From IMG/VR virus record IMGVR_UViG_3300044822_000018, positions 1 through 51,152 of that record: a stretch of 51,152 nucleotides of DNA, one strand, 5' to 3'. The notes under the pieces were generated by a model. It saw only the letters and a program-made list of their open reading frames with translations, searched no databases and was not told the origin of the DNA. The position numbers were made by a program, and so were the translations under genes. Source of the stretch: a virus. Lineage: Duplodnaviria > Caudoviricetes. Of the stretch, positions 8,121 through 17,651 are shown one piece after another (position 1 is the stretch's first letter; every line of letters starts with the position of its first letter).

Positions 8121-11100
8121 CTAGCAAGTCGCCGACGTTCCGGTATATCCCGGAGCGCCGGGAATGATGCAGGCATTGACGGCTTTGAAATATGCGTTCA
8201 TGTAATTTAGCGGTAGACCAAAGTTCACCACGTAGTCAGTATGACCGGCAAAACTCGTCGTCGATAACCCGTAATTCGAGGCCACAGTACTCCACGTTGG
8301 ATCACTGTCGCGCACGAACGTCCCGAACGCAGGCCCATAGCTCATTGTGTCGGTGACGACCGCGCCGTATGTAGCGAGACTGATCGCGTACATGACCTGC
8401 AGAGGATGGTTGAAGCCGTAGCTCACAGCATCGCCCGAAGTGCAGGTCGTGCCCGGTCCCGGCGTCACGTTGCATATTTGCGCTGGAGTGCGGTTGAGGA
8501 CGAGGTGATCGCCGTAGCTTAGGCCGGTAAAACCACGCCTACTTTGACAGTTCGTATCCGTGTTCGTGGATATAGCGGGCCAGACGTCGCTTTGCGAAGC
8601 CTGAGCGCAATCCAAAAACATGTATGTTTCATGCTTGATGGCTTTGTTTGTTAGAATATCGTTCGCGGTAATTATCATCGCACTTAGGCCGACTGCCCCA
8701 TGCTGCCCGTTGCCAGGGAATGTCGTCGAGCTACCACCCGAATCATAAGCTGGATTTGGAATACTACCGGGAATCGGATAATAACCGCTGTTATTATTCG
8801 ACGTTCCCGAGGTCCAGGCGGGCCCGCCCGTTGAGTAAATAGCAGCACCAAGGCCGGAAATATAACCCGTATTGCTCGTGTTATTAAACGTCGTGCAGGA
8901 CGTTGTACTCGTACCACCATTTTCTTGGGAAGTGCATGAAGCCGCCGCAGATTGGCTTGAGCCATATCCAGCGTTCTCGATAACAATCTCATACTGATAT
9001 GGTGAAGCTATCGTCGGCCAACCCGTTCCGTTAGTAGAAGATGGCTTCCAACCTACTGGTTCGATCACAATTAAGTGACAATCGCAACTACCGATTCCGT
9101 CTGCCGCTTCTGTCGTGGCCCCTGCGGGAACGTGTAGGTTACTTATGCCTGTTGTGAATCCACAATATGACGAAGTTTCACTGTTGGTAAAACAGTTGAA
9201 CGTGTATGTTGGATCGGTACTCTTCGCATAATAGAAGCCCGAGAACCCGGGCTGCGATGTACCAGGGACCGCGCTAACCGCGAGGCCCTTTGATGCCTGC
9301 CAACCCGCCACGCAACCAGAGCAACCGGAGTAACTTGAATACGTCGAGCCGGTGTAATTCGACATCGCCGATGCGCTATACGATTTGATGTTGTTGGCTA
9401 TCCCTGCGGTATTGACTCGCTGAGTCATGGCTAAAGCATTGGGCCACTGTGGTTCGGCGTAGCCAGTAATCGAATCAGTGCCAGGGTAGTTAGGATTTGG
9501 CGTAGTCGAAGGCGCAGCCGTTGGACTTGGGTACGGGTCTACAACAGCCGCGTTTGCAAGTGCCTGCAAATAGGTCGTGGGGATGGCCGTTGGGAATACT
9601 TGGACGCCCCATATGTCAGCTACGGCTTTACGCGATACCTGGTCGCTTGCAACGCCAATATTAAACGCAAGACCGGAAAAACTAAACGCCGCACTTGGTG
9701 CAGTATACGCGCTACACGTCTGCTGAAACAAGCAGATATAGTAAGTTAAGTTGCCTGTTGTACCTGAATCTTGCGTCATCGCAATCGTGTAAGTCTGTAA
9801 CGCCGTCAGGCCGTTTTGGGACGCGCTTGGGCCAGCCTGTGCGTTGGTCGTTACGTTGTAAGCGTGCGTGCCTGTTGAGCCTTGCGGATTGACCGTGCCG
9901 TTGCAAATGCCTAAGTCTATATCAAACACGCTCATCGAAACCGCGCTAGAGCCATTTGCCGTAGACGTGCATTTCGTGCTAAAAATAACCGTGATGCCTG
10001 GCGGCGTCGTCGGCAGGCTGGTGATATACGGATTCGGCGTATAATACAAGCCGCCAAACGGCGCAGCGTTAGTATAAATCGGCGTAGGACTCGGAACAGG
10101 CGTAGGCACTTGGACGGTTACAGGCAAATCGACTGAGTGTCCCGAGCCGTCATAAATCGTAACGACGACCGTACCCGAGGCTTGCGGAGTCAAAGTCAAC
10201 GTGCCTGTTGCGCTGCTGCCTGTTATCGAGCCGTTAACTATGCCGCTTTGCGGGATATTAAAACTAAACGCCGCAGAGTTATTCGGATCAGAAATCGCGA
10301 CTGTCGTCGGCGCGGCGGTCGGTCCAGAGAAAGTAATCGACGTAGGCGAGATAGTCAACGGTCCCGGCGTTGAGGGCGGCTGCGTCGGCGGCGCGGGCGT
10401 AGCGCCAGGCACGAAATACGCGAAGCCTAGTCCGACAGAACTTGTTGCGCCCGCCGCGCACGGATTTGCAACATCTTTGACTGTGATCGTAAGATAGCTA
10501 CTGGCCGAAGTTGTCGAGTATTTAATATTATAAAGCTCGCTTGAGCCAACGCCGTTATCGACATACGCGGCGTTTGTTGCGATAGGCGCAGGTGCTGTAT
10601 CAGAAGTCTGCGCCGTAATTTGCACGTTCGCGCAGTACGCGCCTAATACAAAGTTTAGTGTGTTTTTGGTTGTGTAGTTAGGCGTGCCTTTATTAACAAC
10701 AAAACTAAACCCGTTACCTACACCGGACGTGACAACCTGGGAAGAAATGCCACCTGTGTTGGCCGAATCGGGCTGTCCGTCGCCGGTGTCCCATGTAATT
10801 GTCGGCGGTGGACCGTAAGCGCCATAAAACAAACTCGGCCCGATTGCAGTATATGTCGAAATGATGCCGTTACACGTTGTCTTTGTGTCGAAGCCATTAA
10901 CAGTCGAACTTCCGGCTGACTGACCCCAGTTTGCCCAGCAATAACCCGTAGCGCCGACGCCGCCTGTTAAAGTTGTCAAGTCCAAAGAGTTAGAACTCGA
11001 ATGGGCAAAACTTTGTGCCGTAATCGCAATCGTGCCAACAGGCGGCGGCGTTGGCGATGGCGGCGGTGTCGCGCTCACGGTATAGGGCAGCGGCGTTGTT

Positions 11101-13676
11101 CGCGTGCCGTCTGAAACTGTGATTGTTCCCGAGCCCACGGTTAGAGGCATAATCTTAATCGTCGAGCCCGAAACGCTCACGTTGACGTTGTTCGCCGGTG
11201 GCGCTGTTGCCGTAAAGCTGCCCATGAAGTTGGGATCATAGATCGACACGGTTTGGCTTGGCGAGTTCGTATACGCGAACGTGACCGTCGTCGGCACGAT
11301 AGTAAGCGGGCCAGGCGTTGGCGACACGCCAGGGGTAGGCGATACGCCTGGACTGGGCGTCATGAACGGCGTGAAGCCGATGACCTGCGTCTGTTCGGTT
11401 ACGTTATAAGAATACGTCCAAGGCTGCGACGTACCGCCTGTTTGCGTGAACTGAATCGGCGCGGTTGCCGTGGTGCCGTCGAGATTAAACACCGTCAGAA
11501 CAGGCGTGCCGTTGTTTGGGTTGTAGGACGCCGGAACCGAGAACGTGACCGCCTGCGGCGCGGGCGTCGTTATGGTTGACGTGCCGATGACTTCGCGCTG
11601 AGCGTTGATATAATTCCAAAACGTCTTTTTGCCCGACGAATAATCAATGGTGGTGGACACGGTGTTTGCGGTGTTGCCGGTAAAACTGTAATACCAAACC
11701 GACGGCGTATAAGTTGTATTGGAGTCAGACAAAAGCGACGTGAAACTTTGAATCGCGACGCCCTGCGGCAAGAGCGCGTTCGATGCGCCTGACGAACAAG
11801 AGTTCTCCAAAGAATACGCCGCGAAGCCCGTCGAGCCAGGGCATAGCTGAAAATAATAGTTCGGCGCTAAGTACCCTTCGAGCATACGCTGCAAGTACAA
11901 GTGCGGCGTATACACAGTGATAGTTTGATCAGTCAGGCCACCGGCTGACACGTTGTCGCCCCAACCGCCTTCGCCCACGGCTACGGGCTTTGAGCCGTTC
12001 CAGCCGGTTAAGATCGTCTGGGACTCCGTCGAACTGGGGTCCTCAAACGTGGTATAGCATAGCTGACCGGCGAACGCCGTCGAGTGCGGACAGCCGATGT
12101 GCGGATTGTTGCCGCCTGTTGGATACCACGGATTCGTAATAGGATAGTTGTGATTGTTAAACACGTCAACCATCGGGTTTAAGTCATACCCGATGCCCGT
12201 GCATGAGCCGTAGTCGCTCAGACCAAGATTCTGCGCTTGTGTCGGCGTGCAAAAACTATACGCCCCCACGAACGCCGGTCCTAAAACTTGGACAGACGGC
12301 GCGACCGAGTGAATCAAGTCGTGAACGTGCTGACCGCGCTGTTCGTACCAGTTTTGCCACGAGCCATAATTAACGCCCAAGTTCGCCGTGCAATCATAAA
12401 TCGACGCCTGTTGATCGTCAGGCTCGTTTGGACCTAGAATAAAATACTTAATCGGCAAGTTTGGAATAGTAGCAGCGGCTGTTATAGTCGAATCCGTGTC
12501 GCACGCGCCCATGCCGACTGTCCAATCCGAATTTTCTATACTGGCGGCGGTCGCCGCGTTACCCCAGATAGTTGAGTTATCAGTCGAGTTAACGCCCGAA
12601 ACATGATGAATATTCATACTGGCAATCGCGTTCTGCCAGGACGAAGTGTTAGCGTTGTCCGTCGGAAGCTGATCGGGCCGCACGTTGACCCCCACGAGGT
12701 TCGCCACTTGCGACGCCGTGCGCTGCGTGCTGGCGGTAAAGCCCACGATGGGCGTCGGCGTTGGACCAGGGACGGCGGCGAACTGCGGCGCGAGCAGAGC
12801 CTCAAACACGAACCCGGCGTGATTCTGCGCCGCCGACGTGGTGATCGTGGGACCAATCGGCGTCACGGTGTCTTGCGTCACAAAATTCGACGTGAACGCA
12901 TAGCGCGTCGTAGGCATCGCCGCCGAATCTGAATAAAGTTTGGTTGTCCAGTTAAGCGGCGTGGTGTCTGTTTGACCCGTGGTGCCGCCCGACGTATGAA
13001 AAATAATCGGCTGAGTATACAGCGCATTGGGCGTAAGTTGCGGCGGCGTAACCGTCGTGCCTGTCGTCGCGGTCGCAAGTATGCCGTATTGATTAAACAC
13101 GCTAGAGTTCTGCACGACGTTTTGGTATTCAAGGCACTGAGCTAAAAGCGCCTTGGAGTTTGTGTTGTTCTTGGTAAACGTCGTTGTTGTGGTATCACCC
13201 GACGGTACAAAGCGATACCATATATAACCCGAATACGTCGGGTTGGTATTTAGACTCGTCAACTGCTGCCAAGTCGAGTCAGAGTTGGTGATCGTGTCTC
13301 CGGCCTCGTTGACAGTAAGCGCGCAAATTTGCAAATCGGTATTGTTCATGAAATACGTCCCGGCGTGCGGCCAGGTAACTACATCATTGGGCGACGTGAA
13401 CGTATCGGTATTAGTAACTTGCACCAGCTTAATCGCGCCTGGCGTCGCGGTCGGAACAGGCGTCGGCAGCGTCGGCACAGCCGTCGGCGTCGCTAGCATC
13501 GCAGGGTTAATTCCCGGCCCGCACAGCGTCACAGGCTGATTGTTGACGTTAAAGAGCTTCACGCAGTTAACTGTGGGAATCGCCATCGTCTGCGCCCACA
13601 AACTGCCAGGCAGGCCAGTTATTACGGCGAGAACTCCCATAAACAACAGTGCCCAAAGGCTCTTATTTATCGTCAC
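8121..13676 (-). CDS. 1851-aa exported multidomain protein (signal peptide, Pro/Thr linkers, clan GH-A-like domain, Ig-like repeats)
   Basis: Hydrophobic N-terminus ending SLWA-Q; PTP linkers; GPNEPD...NNHNY...VGEGGW; duplicated GPLTI.PT beta-domains; many paired Cys. Confidence 0.75.
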   Translation of the reverse strand: MTINKSLWALLFMGVLAVITGLPGSLWAQTMAIPTVNCVKLFNVNNQPVTLCGPGINPAMLATPTAVPTLPTPVPTATPGAIKLVQVTNTDTFTSPNDVVTWPHAGTYFMNNTDLQICALTVNEAGDTITNSDSTWQQLTSLNTNPTYSGYIWYRFVPSGDTTTTTFTKNNTNSKALLAQCLEYQNVVQNSSVFNQYGILATATTGTTVTPPQLTPNALYTQPIIFHTSGGTTGQTDTTPLNWTTKLYSDSAAMPTTRYAFTSNFVTQDTVTPIGPTITTSAAQNHAGFVFEALLAPQFAAVPGPTPTPIVGFTASTQRTASQVANLVGVNVRPDQLPTDNANTSSWQNAIASMNIHHVSGVNSTDNSTIWGNAATAASIENSDWTVGMGACDTDSTITAAATIPNLPIKYFILGPNEPDDQQASIYDCTANLGVNYGSWQNWYEQRGQHVHDLIHSVAPSVQVLGPAFVGAYSFCTPTQAQNLGLSDYGSCTGIGYDLNPMVDVFNNHNYPITNPWYPTGGNNPHIGCPHSTAFAGQLCYTTFEDPSSTESQTILTGWNGSKPVAVGEGGWGDNVSAGGLTDQTITVYTPHLYLQRMLEGYLAPNYYFQLCPGSTGFAAYSLENSCSSGASNALLPQGVAIQSFTSLLSDSNTTYTPSVWYYSFTGNTANTVSTTIDYSSGKKTFWNYINAQREVIGTSTITTPAPQAVTFSVPASYNPNNGTPVLTVFNLDGTTATAPIQFTQTGGTSQPWTYSYNVTEQTQVIGFTPFMTPSPGVSPTPGVSPTPGPLTIVPTTVTFAYTNSPSQTVSIYDPNFMGSFTATAPPANNVNVSVSGSTIKIMPLTVGSGTITVSDGTRTTPLPYTVSATPPPSPTPPPVGTIAITAQSFAHSSSNSLDLTTLTGGVGATGYCWANWGQSAGSSTVNGFDTKTTCNGIISTYTAIGPSLFYGAYGPPPTITWDTGDGQPDSANTGGISSQVVTSGVGNGFSFVVNKGTPNYTTKNTLNFVLGAYCANVQITAQTSDTAPAPIATNAAYVDNGVGSSELYNIKYSTTSASSYLTITVKDVANPCAAGATSSVGLGFAYFVPGATPAPPTQPPSTPGPLTISPTSITFSGPTAAPTTVAISDPNNSAAFSFNIPQSGIVNGSITGSSATGTLTLTPQASGTVVVTIYDGSGHSVDLPVTVQVPTPVPSPTPIYTNAAPFGGLYYTPNPYITSLPTTPPGITVIFSTKCTSTANGSSAVSMSVFDIDLGICNGTVNPQGSTGTHAYNVTTNAQAGPSASQNGLTALQTYTIAMTQDSGTTGNLTYYICLFQQTCSAYTAPSAAFSFSGLAFNIGVASDQVSRKAVADIWGVQVFPTAIPTTYLQALANAAVVDPYPSPTAAPSTTPNPNYPGTDSITGYAEPQWPNALAMTQRVNTAGIANNIKSYSASAMSNYTGSTYSSYSGCSGCVAGWQASKGLAVSAVPGTSQPGFSGFYYAKSTDPTYTFNCFTNSETSSYCGFTTGISNLHVPAGATTEAADGIGSCDCHLIVIEPVGWKPSSTNGTGWPTIASPYQYEIVIENAGYGSSQSAAASCTSQENGGTSTTSCTTFNNTSNTGYISGLGAAIYSTGGPAWTSGTSNNNSGYYPIPGSIPNPAYDSGGSSTTFPGNGQHGAVGLSAMIITANDILTNKAIKHETYMFLDCAQASQSDVWPAISTNTDTNCQSRRGFTGLSYGDHLVLNRTPAQICNVTPGPGTTCTSGDAVSYGFNHPLQVMYAISLATYGAVVTDTMSYGPAFGTFVRDSDPTWSTVASNYGLSTTSFAGHTDYVVNFGLPLNYMNAYFKAVNACIIPGAPGYTGTSATC

Positions 13677-14350
13677 CTCTTGAGACTATCATATTTTCTC
13701 TCGCGCGCGTATAGGCGCTTGAGTCCCGAACATATATAGAATCAAATAATTATGTGTTTTGAAAAATTGTGCGCGTATTTAGAGCAGCGCCGCGTGCCAA
13801 ATTCGCAAATCCTGCCGGTACACCCCCCTTGTGATCCCCATCACACTTGGCTTGAACAGGCAGGAACAGTCAGATTGTTAACAATTTGCAATTTAACAGG
13901 CAGATTTGTCGATTGTTAACAATTAACAGACGCATTTAACTGTTAACAGTTGACTCGAATACTTGTTTAACCTTAAACCTTCGGTACGCCGGGCATATTT
14001 CCTGCCTGTTTAACCCAAAACAGTTTTCACCTGTAAATCGTTAAGCTACACAAACTATTATGCCGGCAACAAATAATTAAGACAAGCAAACTATTTAGAA
14101 ACGTAGTGTGATTATTGTCACACTTAAACGGTATCAACAGGAGCAGGAATTAACAGCAGGTTTAGCGAAGCACGTTAGCGGTGGTCCTGGTTCGGTCGGC
14201 TACGGTATCGGTTTCGGCGATACACGGGCGCGACGGTTCGATACTCCTGGACAGGCAGCACGCTCGACGTGTTTGGCGCAGAGAGTCAGAAGTGAATCAA
14301 GTAATGCCACTAACTAAGACTTCACCAGTTAACTGGTAGGGAGCAGCAAG
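13677..14350. promoter_or_regulatory. divergent control region between late and early arms
   Basis: Largest low-coding, AT-rich stretch; gene orientation switches here; palindromes at 13874-13885, 13912-13923, 13938-13951 and 14324-14337. Confidence 0.7.
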
Positions 14351-14737
14351 TTGGACAACTACCACAAACACGGTAATGACGTGTATTCCTACGAGACGTG
14401 TATTTTAACACGGACGGATGAAGGCGTCTCAATCGTGAATCGAACATTCTATTCCAAAACCACGTTGCGTCACCTACAAGACGCGATACGCTCGGGCTAT
14501 TTGGAAACCTTGATAAACTACGGCACGGGCAAGTTCATCGTGAACCTGTATGATGTGCCGATTGGCGCTAGTGCGGAGGACTTGAAGAAGCTCGCGATCG
14601 GCAAACGCGTTGTAAACGTGCCGCTATTGTCAAACAAGGCGGCCTCGTCGAGTGAATCGCTGGACATCGTTCGGCGTGCGCCTGTTGTACCTGTCGCAGC
14701 GTCGCATGGGGACGAAGAATTGAGGCCGACGCTGTGA
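14351..14737 (+). CDS. early hypothetical protein
   Basis: 128 aa, AGGGAG RBS; YS..T.RH pattern seen in small phage early proteins. Confidence 0.7.
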   Translation: MDNYHKHGNDVYSYETCILTRTDEGVSIVNRTFYSKTTLRHLQDAIRSGYLETLINYGTGKFIVNLYDVPIGASAEDLKKLAIGKRVVNVPLLSNKAASSSESLDIVRRAPVVPVAASHGDEELRPTL

Positions 14738-14913
14738 AGATCGGCGATAGAGTTAAAACGCTACCGCACACTGACGCATTTATGCGTGGGTTGCGTTACG
14801 CGACGATAATAAACATAACGTCGAACGGCACGCGTATTCACGTTTCGTTTGATAATGAATCATCGTCTAAGCGTCGCGTGTTTTCACCGTCGTCTTTGGA
14901 GGTGGTTGAATGA
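14734..14913 (+). CDS. 59-aa SH3/KOW-like small protein (not in ORF track)
   Basis: Hand translation MKIGDRVKTLPHTDAFMRGLRYATIINI...SLEVVE*; GTGA and ATGA overlaps on both sides. Confidence 0.65.
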   Translation: MKIGDRVKTLPHTDAFMRGLRYATIINITSNGTRIHVSFDNESSSKRRVFSPSSLEVVE

Positions 14914-15047
14914 ACGTACACAACGCTGTGAGCGACTACGCGGAAGAACCGGCGATATTGCACGATGCGCTTTGCGAGATGGTTGACGGTTCGCCTTCGT
15001 GCAGTTGCGAAGTGATACCCGATGATTGGGCCCAGTTTTATGAGTGA
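14910..15047 (+). CDS. 45-aa acidic micro-protein (not in ORF track)
   Basis: MNVHNAVSDYAEEPAILHDALCEMVDGSPSCSCEVIPDDWAQFYE*; GGAGG RBS; overlaps the next ATG. Confidence 0.55.
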   Translation: MNVHNAVSDYAEEPAILHDALCEMVDGSPSCSCEVIPDDWAQFYE

Positions 15048-16557
15048 CACAATTACCGAATGGCGGCTTGGTAAGAAGCACGGTAACACCTACGAACATC
15101 GTGTGACGTTGACTCAATTAGGGTTTCGCTTTGATGGCGAAACAAAAGAATGGGTTACTTGGAACGAAGAACAGTTCGCGCAGGGTTACTTCTTAGTGAC
15201 CGGCCAACCCTATTCGGCCCGCACAGACGGGCAGAAAGATGGAGAAGTGAACGCAACCGAAAGCGAAATTGATTTAACTGGTAACGGACGCGGCTTTACC
15301 GACCCGCAATTAAATGCGGCGTTAAAGGCGTTAGGCGGTGGCTCGGTCGGGTTTGACTATGCCCGCGTATCCAAAGCCGGGCGTATCGCATACGGCGTTG
15401 AGAAGTATGGCTCGGACGCCCTAATGCGGGCCATTCGGTTCGTCATCGAAACCGAAGCCAAAGAAGGCCCAGAAGCGCCGCGCAAGCCTTCGCAGGCAGA
15501 TCGGCTCAACGAGCTAGGCAAGGCTCCTGTAGCGCCTGCGAAGGCCCCAAGTGAGGCTCCGCCTGTTCCGCCCGCCGACGACGTGACTTCGGCGGTAGCG
15601 GCATTGCGCAAGCTCATGGGAACGGGCGTGCTGGACGAAGCCCGCGTCCGAGCTATTGCCGACGAGGCGGTGAAAGACGGCGTCGGTGCCTTCGCTCAAG
15701 TCATCGACGATGCGGTAAAGGCCGCCGTCGGTCGGCCCAAGATTCTGGAAGTAAGGTCGCCGGGCGCGACTGTTCAAGTTAAGGGCGCACATCGTGACTT
15801 TGAGCGGGTTATGAAGTGTGTCGGCGCGGGGTTAAACGTGCTGATGACCGGGCCTAGCGGTTGCGGCAAAAGCGTAATAGCCAAACACGTCGCGCAAGGG
15901 TTAAATCGTCCGTTTCATTCAGAGTCTTTCTCCGGTGGCAAGACCGAATCGGCAATTACTGCCCGCCTGTTGCCAAGCAAAGGCGGGGACTTCATTCCCG
16001 TTGATAGTCAATGGCTCCACGCTTACGCGAATGGCTATGTCATCTTCGCCGACGAGTTAGACGCTGCCGATGCGAACGTCTGGATAGTCGCAAACGAGAT
16101 GCTTGGCTCAGACGGGTTTCATTGCGAGATTCGGGCTATCGGCAAAGATGGCACCGCCCGTGACGAGGCTGTTTGGGTTAAACGGCATCCCAACACGGTC
16201 TTGATTGGCGCAATGAATACGTTCGGCACAGGGCCGAACATGATGTTCCAAGGCCGTAACGCACTAGACGCAGCATCGTTAGATCGGTGGTTGTTGCTCG
16301 AAGTTAGCTATGACGAGGCTATCGACCGTGCTTACGAAGTTGACGATCAAACGCGCAATTTTGTAAACTGGGTCCTCGCTGCCCGTAAAATCGTTCTTGA
16401 ACGTGGCATGAAGCGCGTGGTGAGTCACCGGATGACGGCCAAAGGTTGCGCGCTTCTTGCTGCGGGATTCAAGCAAAAAGAAGTTCGCGAGATGCTTCTC
16501 GTCGGTTGGACGAAAGACGAAGTACTCCAAGTCAAAGACGCGGATACTCAAAGCTAA
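15040..16557 (+). CDS. MoxR/CbbQ/CobS-like AAA+ ATPase
   Basis: Walker A GPSGCGKS, Walker B IFADELD, RHPN..LIGAMNT, LDAASLDRW; small N-terminal GNTY..LGFRFDGETKEW domain. Confidence 0.85.
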   Translation: MSDTITEWRLGKKHGNTYEHRVTLTQLGFRFDGETKEWVTWNEEQFAQGYFLVTGQPYSARTDGQKDGEVNATESEIDLTGNGRGFTDPQLNAALKALGGGSVGFDYARVSKAGRIAYGVEKYGSDALMRAIRFVIETEAKEGPEAPRKPSQADRLNELGKAPVAPAKAPSEAPPVPPADDVTSAVAALRKLMGTGVLDEARVRAIADEAVKDGVGAFAQVIDDAVKAAVGRPKILEVRSPGATVQVKGAHRDFERVMKCVGAGLNVLMTGPSGCGKSVIAKHVAQGLNRPFHSESFSGGKTESAITARLLPSKGGDFIPVDSQWLHAYANGYVIFADELDAADANVWIVANEMLGSDGFHCEIRAIGKDGTARDEAVWVKRHPNTVLIGAMNTFGTGPNMMFQGRNALDAASLDRWLLLEVSYDEAIDRAYEVDDQTRNFVNWVLAARKIVLERGMKRVVSHRMTAKGCALLAAGFKQKEVREMLLVGWTKDEVLQVKDADTQS

Positions 16558-17420
16558 TGGCTAAGGCTAAAAAGCTAGTTTTTAATTATGACTCTTACGC
16601 TGCCGTGGTGGATGCGACTCTGCATCCACCCTCGGTAGCCGCTAGTAACAAAGCCGATTGGCAAAAGCGGGTCAACGGTGGTGACCCGGACAATTGCAGA
16701 GCCAAGTGGTATGGTTGGAACAATACCAAGGTGCCCGCCATCGACAAGTTAGCGGACTTTTTTCTAGTCAAAGGCTGGGATGCGGGCGTTAAAAAGATGC
16801 GCGCTTGCATGAACCAAATCAAAGCGCCAGAAGTTATGAGCGTTCGTCGCCGCCAAACTTGGCGCGAAGAAGGCGCAGAATTGTCCCGCGAACGGTTATA
16901 CGCGGGTTACGAGCAATTCTGGCGTGGTCGCGTCACGCAAGGCGTCAACATTCCCAAGCGCATACGTTTGGTGTTTGACGTTTGCGTAAATAGCGCCGTC
17001 ATGTCAGAAGACATGTTTTGGGTAGGTGCTGCGGGTGTGACGTTGGCCGAGGCACTAACCGAAGCCGGTCATTCGGTTGAGTTAGTCGCTTCGGTTCTTA
17101 TTTCAGACTACGCAACCGATACAACCTACAGAGTTAACACGATAGTCAAAGCCTTCGACCAACCGTTTAACTATTCGACGACGCTGGCTATTACGGGTCA
17201 TGCCGCGTACTTCCGGCAAGTTATACTCTGCCATCAACGGGCGTATACGCCTACTTTGTGGGCCGGTTGCGGTTCGCCGAGGCGGTTTTCTATAGATCGC
17301 GTAGATTCGACAGGTGTCGAGCAAATCTTAATCTCTCACATGACTAGCGCCGAACAGGCAAACAGTTATGTGGCCGAGACTATAGCCGAGTTAGAAACTC
17401 CGGCCAATGCGTTCGCGTAA
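16557..17420 (+). CDS. VWA-like partner of the AAA+ ATPase
   Basis: TAATG coupling; IRLVFDVCVNS...LAEALTEAGHSVEL resembles a degenerate VWA fold. Confidence 0.6.
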   Translation: MAKAKKLVFNYDSYAAVVDATLHPPSVAASNKADWQKRVNGGDPDNCRAKWYGWNNTKVPAIDKLADFFLVKGWDAGVKKMRACMNQIKAPEVMSVRRRQTWREEGAELSRERLYAGYEQFWRGRVTQGVNIPKRIRLVFDVCVNSAVMSEDMFWVGAAGVTLAEALTEAGHSVELVASVLISDYATDTTYRVNTIVKAFDQPFNYSTTLAITGHAAYFRQVILCHQRAYTPTLWAGCGSPRRFSIDRVDSTGVEQILISHMTSAEQANSYVAETIAELETPANAFA

Positions 17421-17430
17421 GCGCCGCCGC

Positions 17431-17589
17431 ATGTTAAACAGACCGAACAGGCCCCTGTTGTGGGGGCCTGCGCGTTCTAGTTTATGGGCTAGACTCAAGC
17501 AATCAAATAGTATTTGGTACATCGCTTGTTTGGCGCTTGGCCTGTTGGTGTATTTCGTACTCAAGCAAATCATCGGGAGTTTTTCGTAA
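17431..17589 (+). CDS. small membrane protein
   Basis: One hydrophobic segment IWYIACLALGLLVYFVL; start uncertain. Confidence 0.4.
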   Translation: MLNRPNRPLLWGPARSSLWARLKQSNSIWYIACLALGLLVYFVLKQIIGSFS

Positions 17590-17594
17590 TTGCT

Positions 17595-17631
17595 GCCCGG
17601 CCCAGGCTAGAGCCTGGGTCGGGCCTTTTTT
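17595..17631 (+). terminator. intrinsic terminator
   Basis: GCCCGGCCCAGGC-TAGA-GCCTGGGTCGGGC followed by CTTTTTT. Confidence 0.8.
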
Positions 17632-17651
17632 GTATATGATGGGGTGAAAAT

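Noticed and set aside
8121-13676. Diversity-generating retroelement target
   Set aside because: No reverse transcriptase and no template/variable repeat pair seen.
13855-13960. CRISPR-like mini-array
   Set aside because: Repeats are only 12-14 bp with irregular spacing; the Cas4-like gene is a typical phage recombination nuclease and no other cas genes are present.
14225-14260. tRNA suggested by GGTTCGAT
   Set aside because: No paired T-stem, acceptor stem or cloverleaf could be built.
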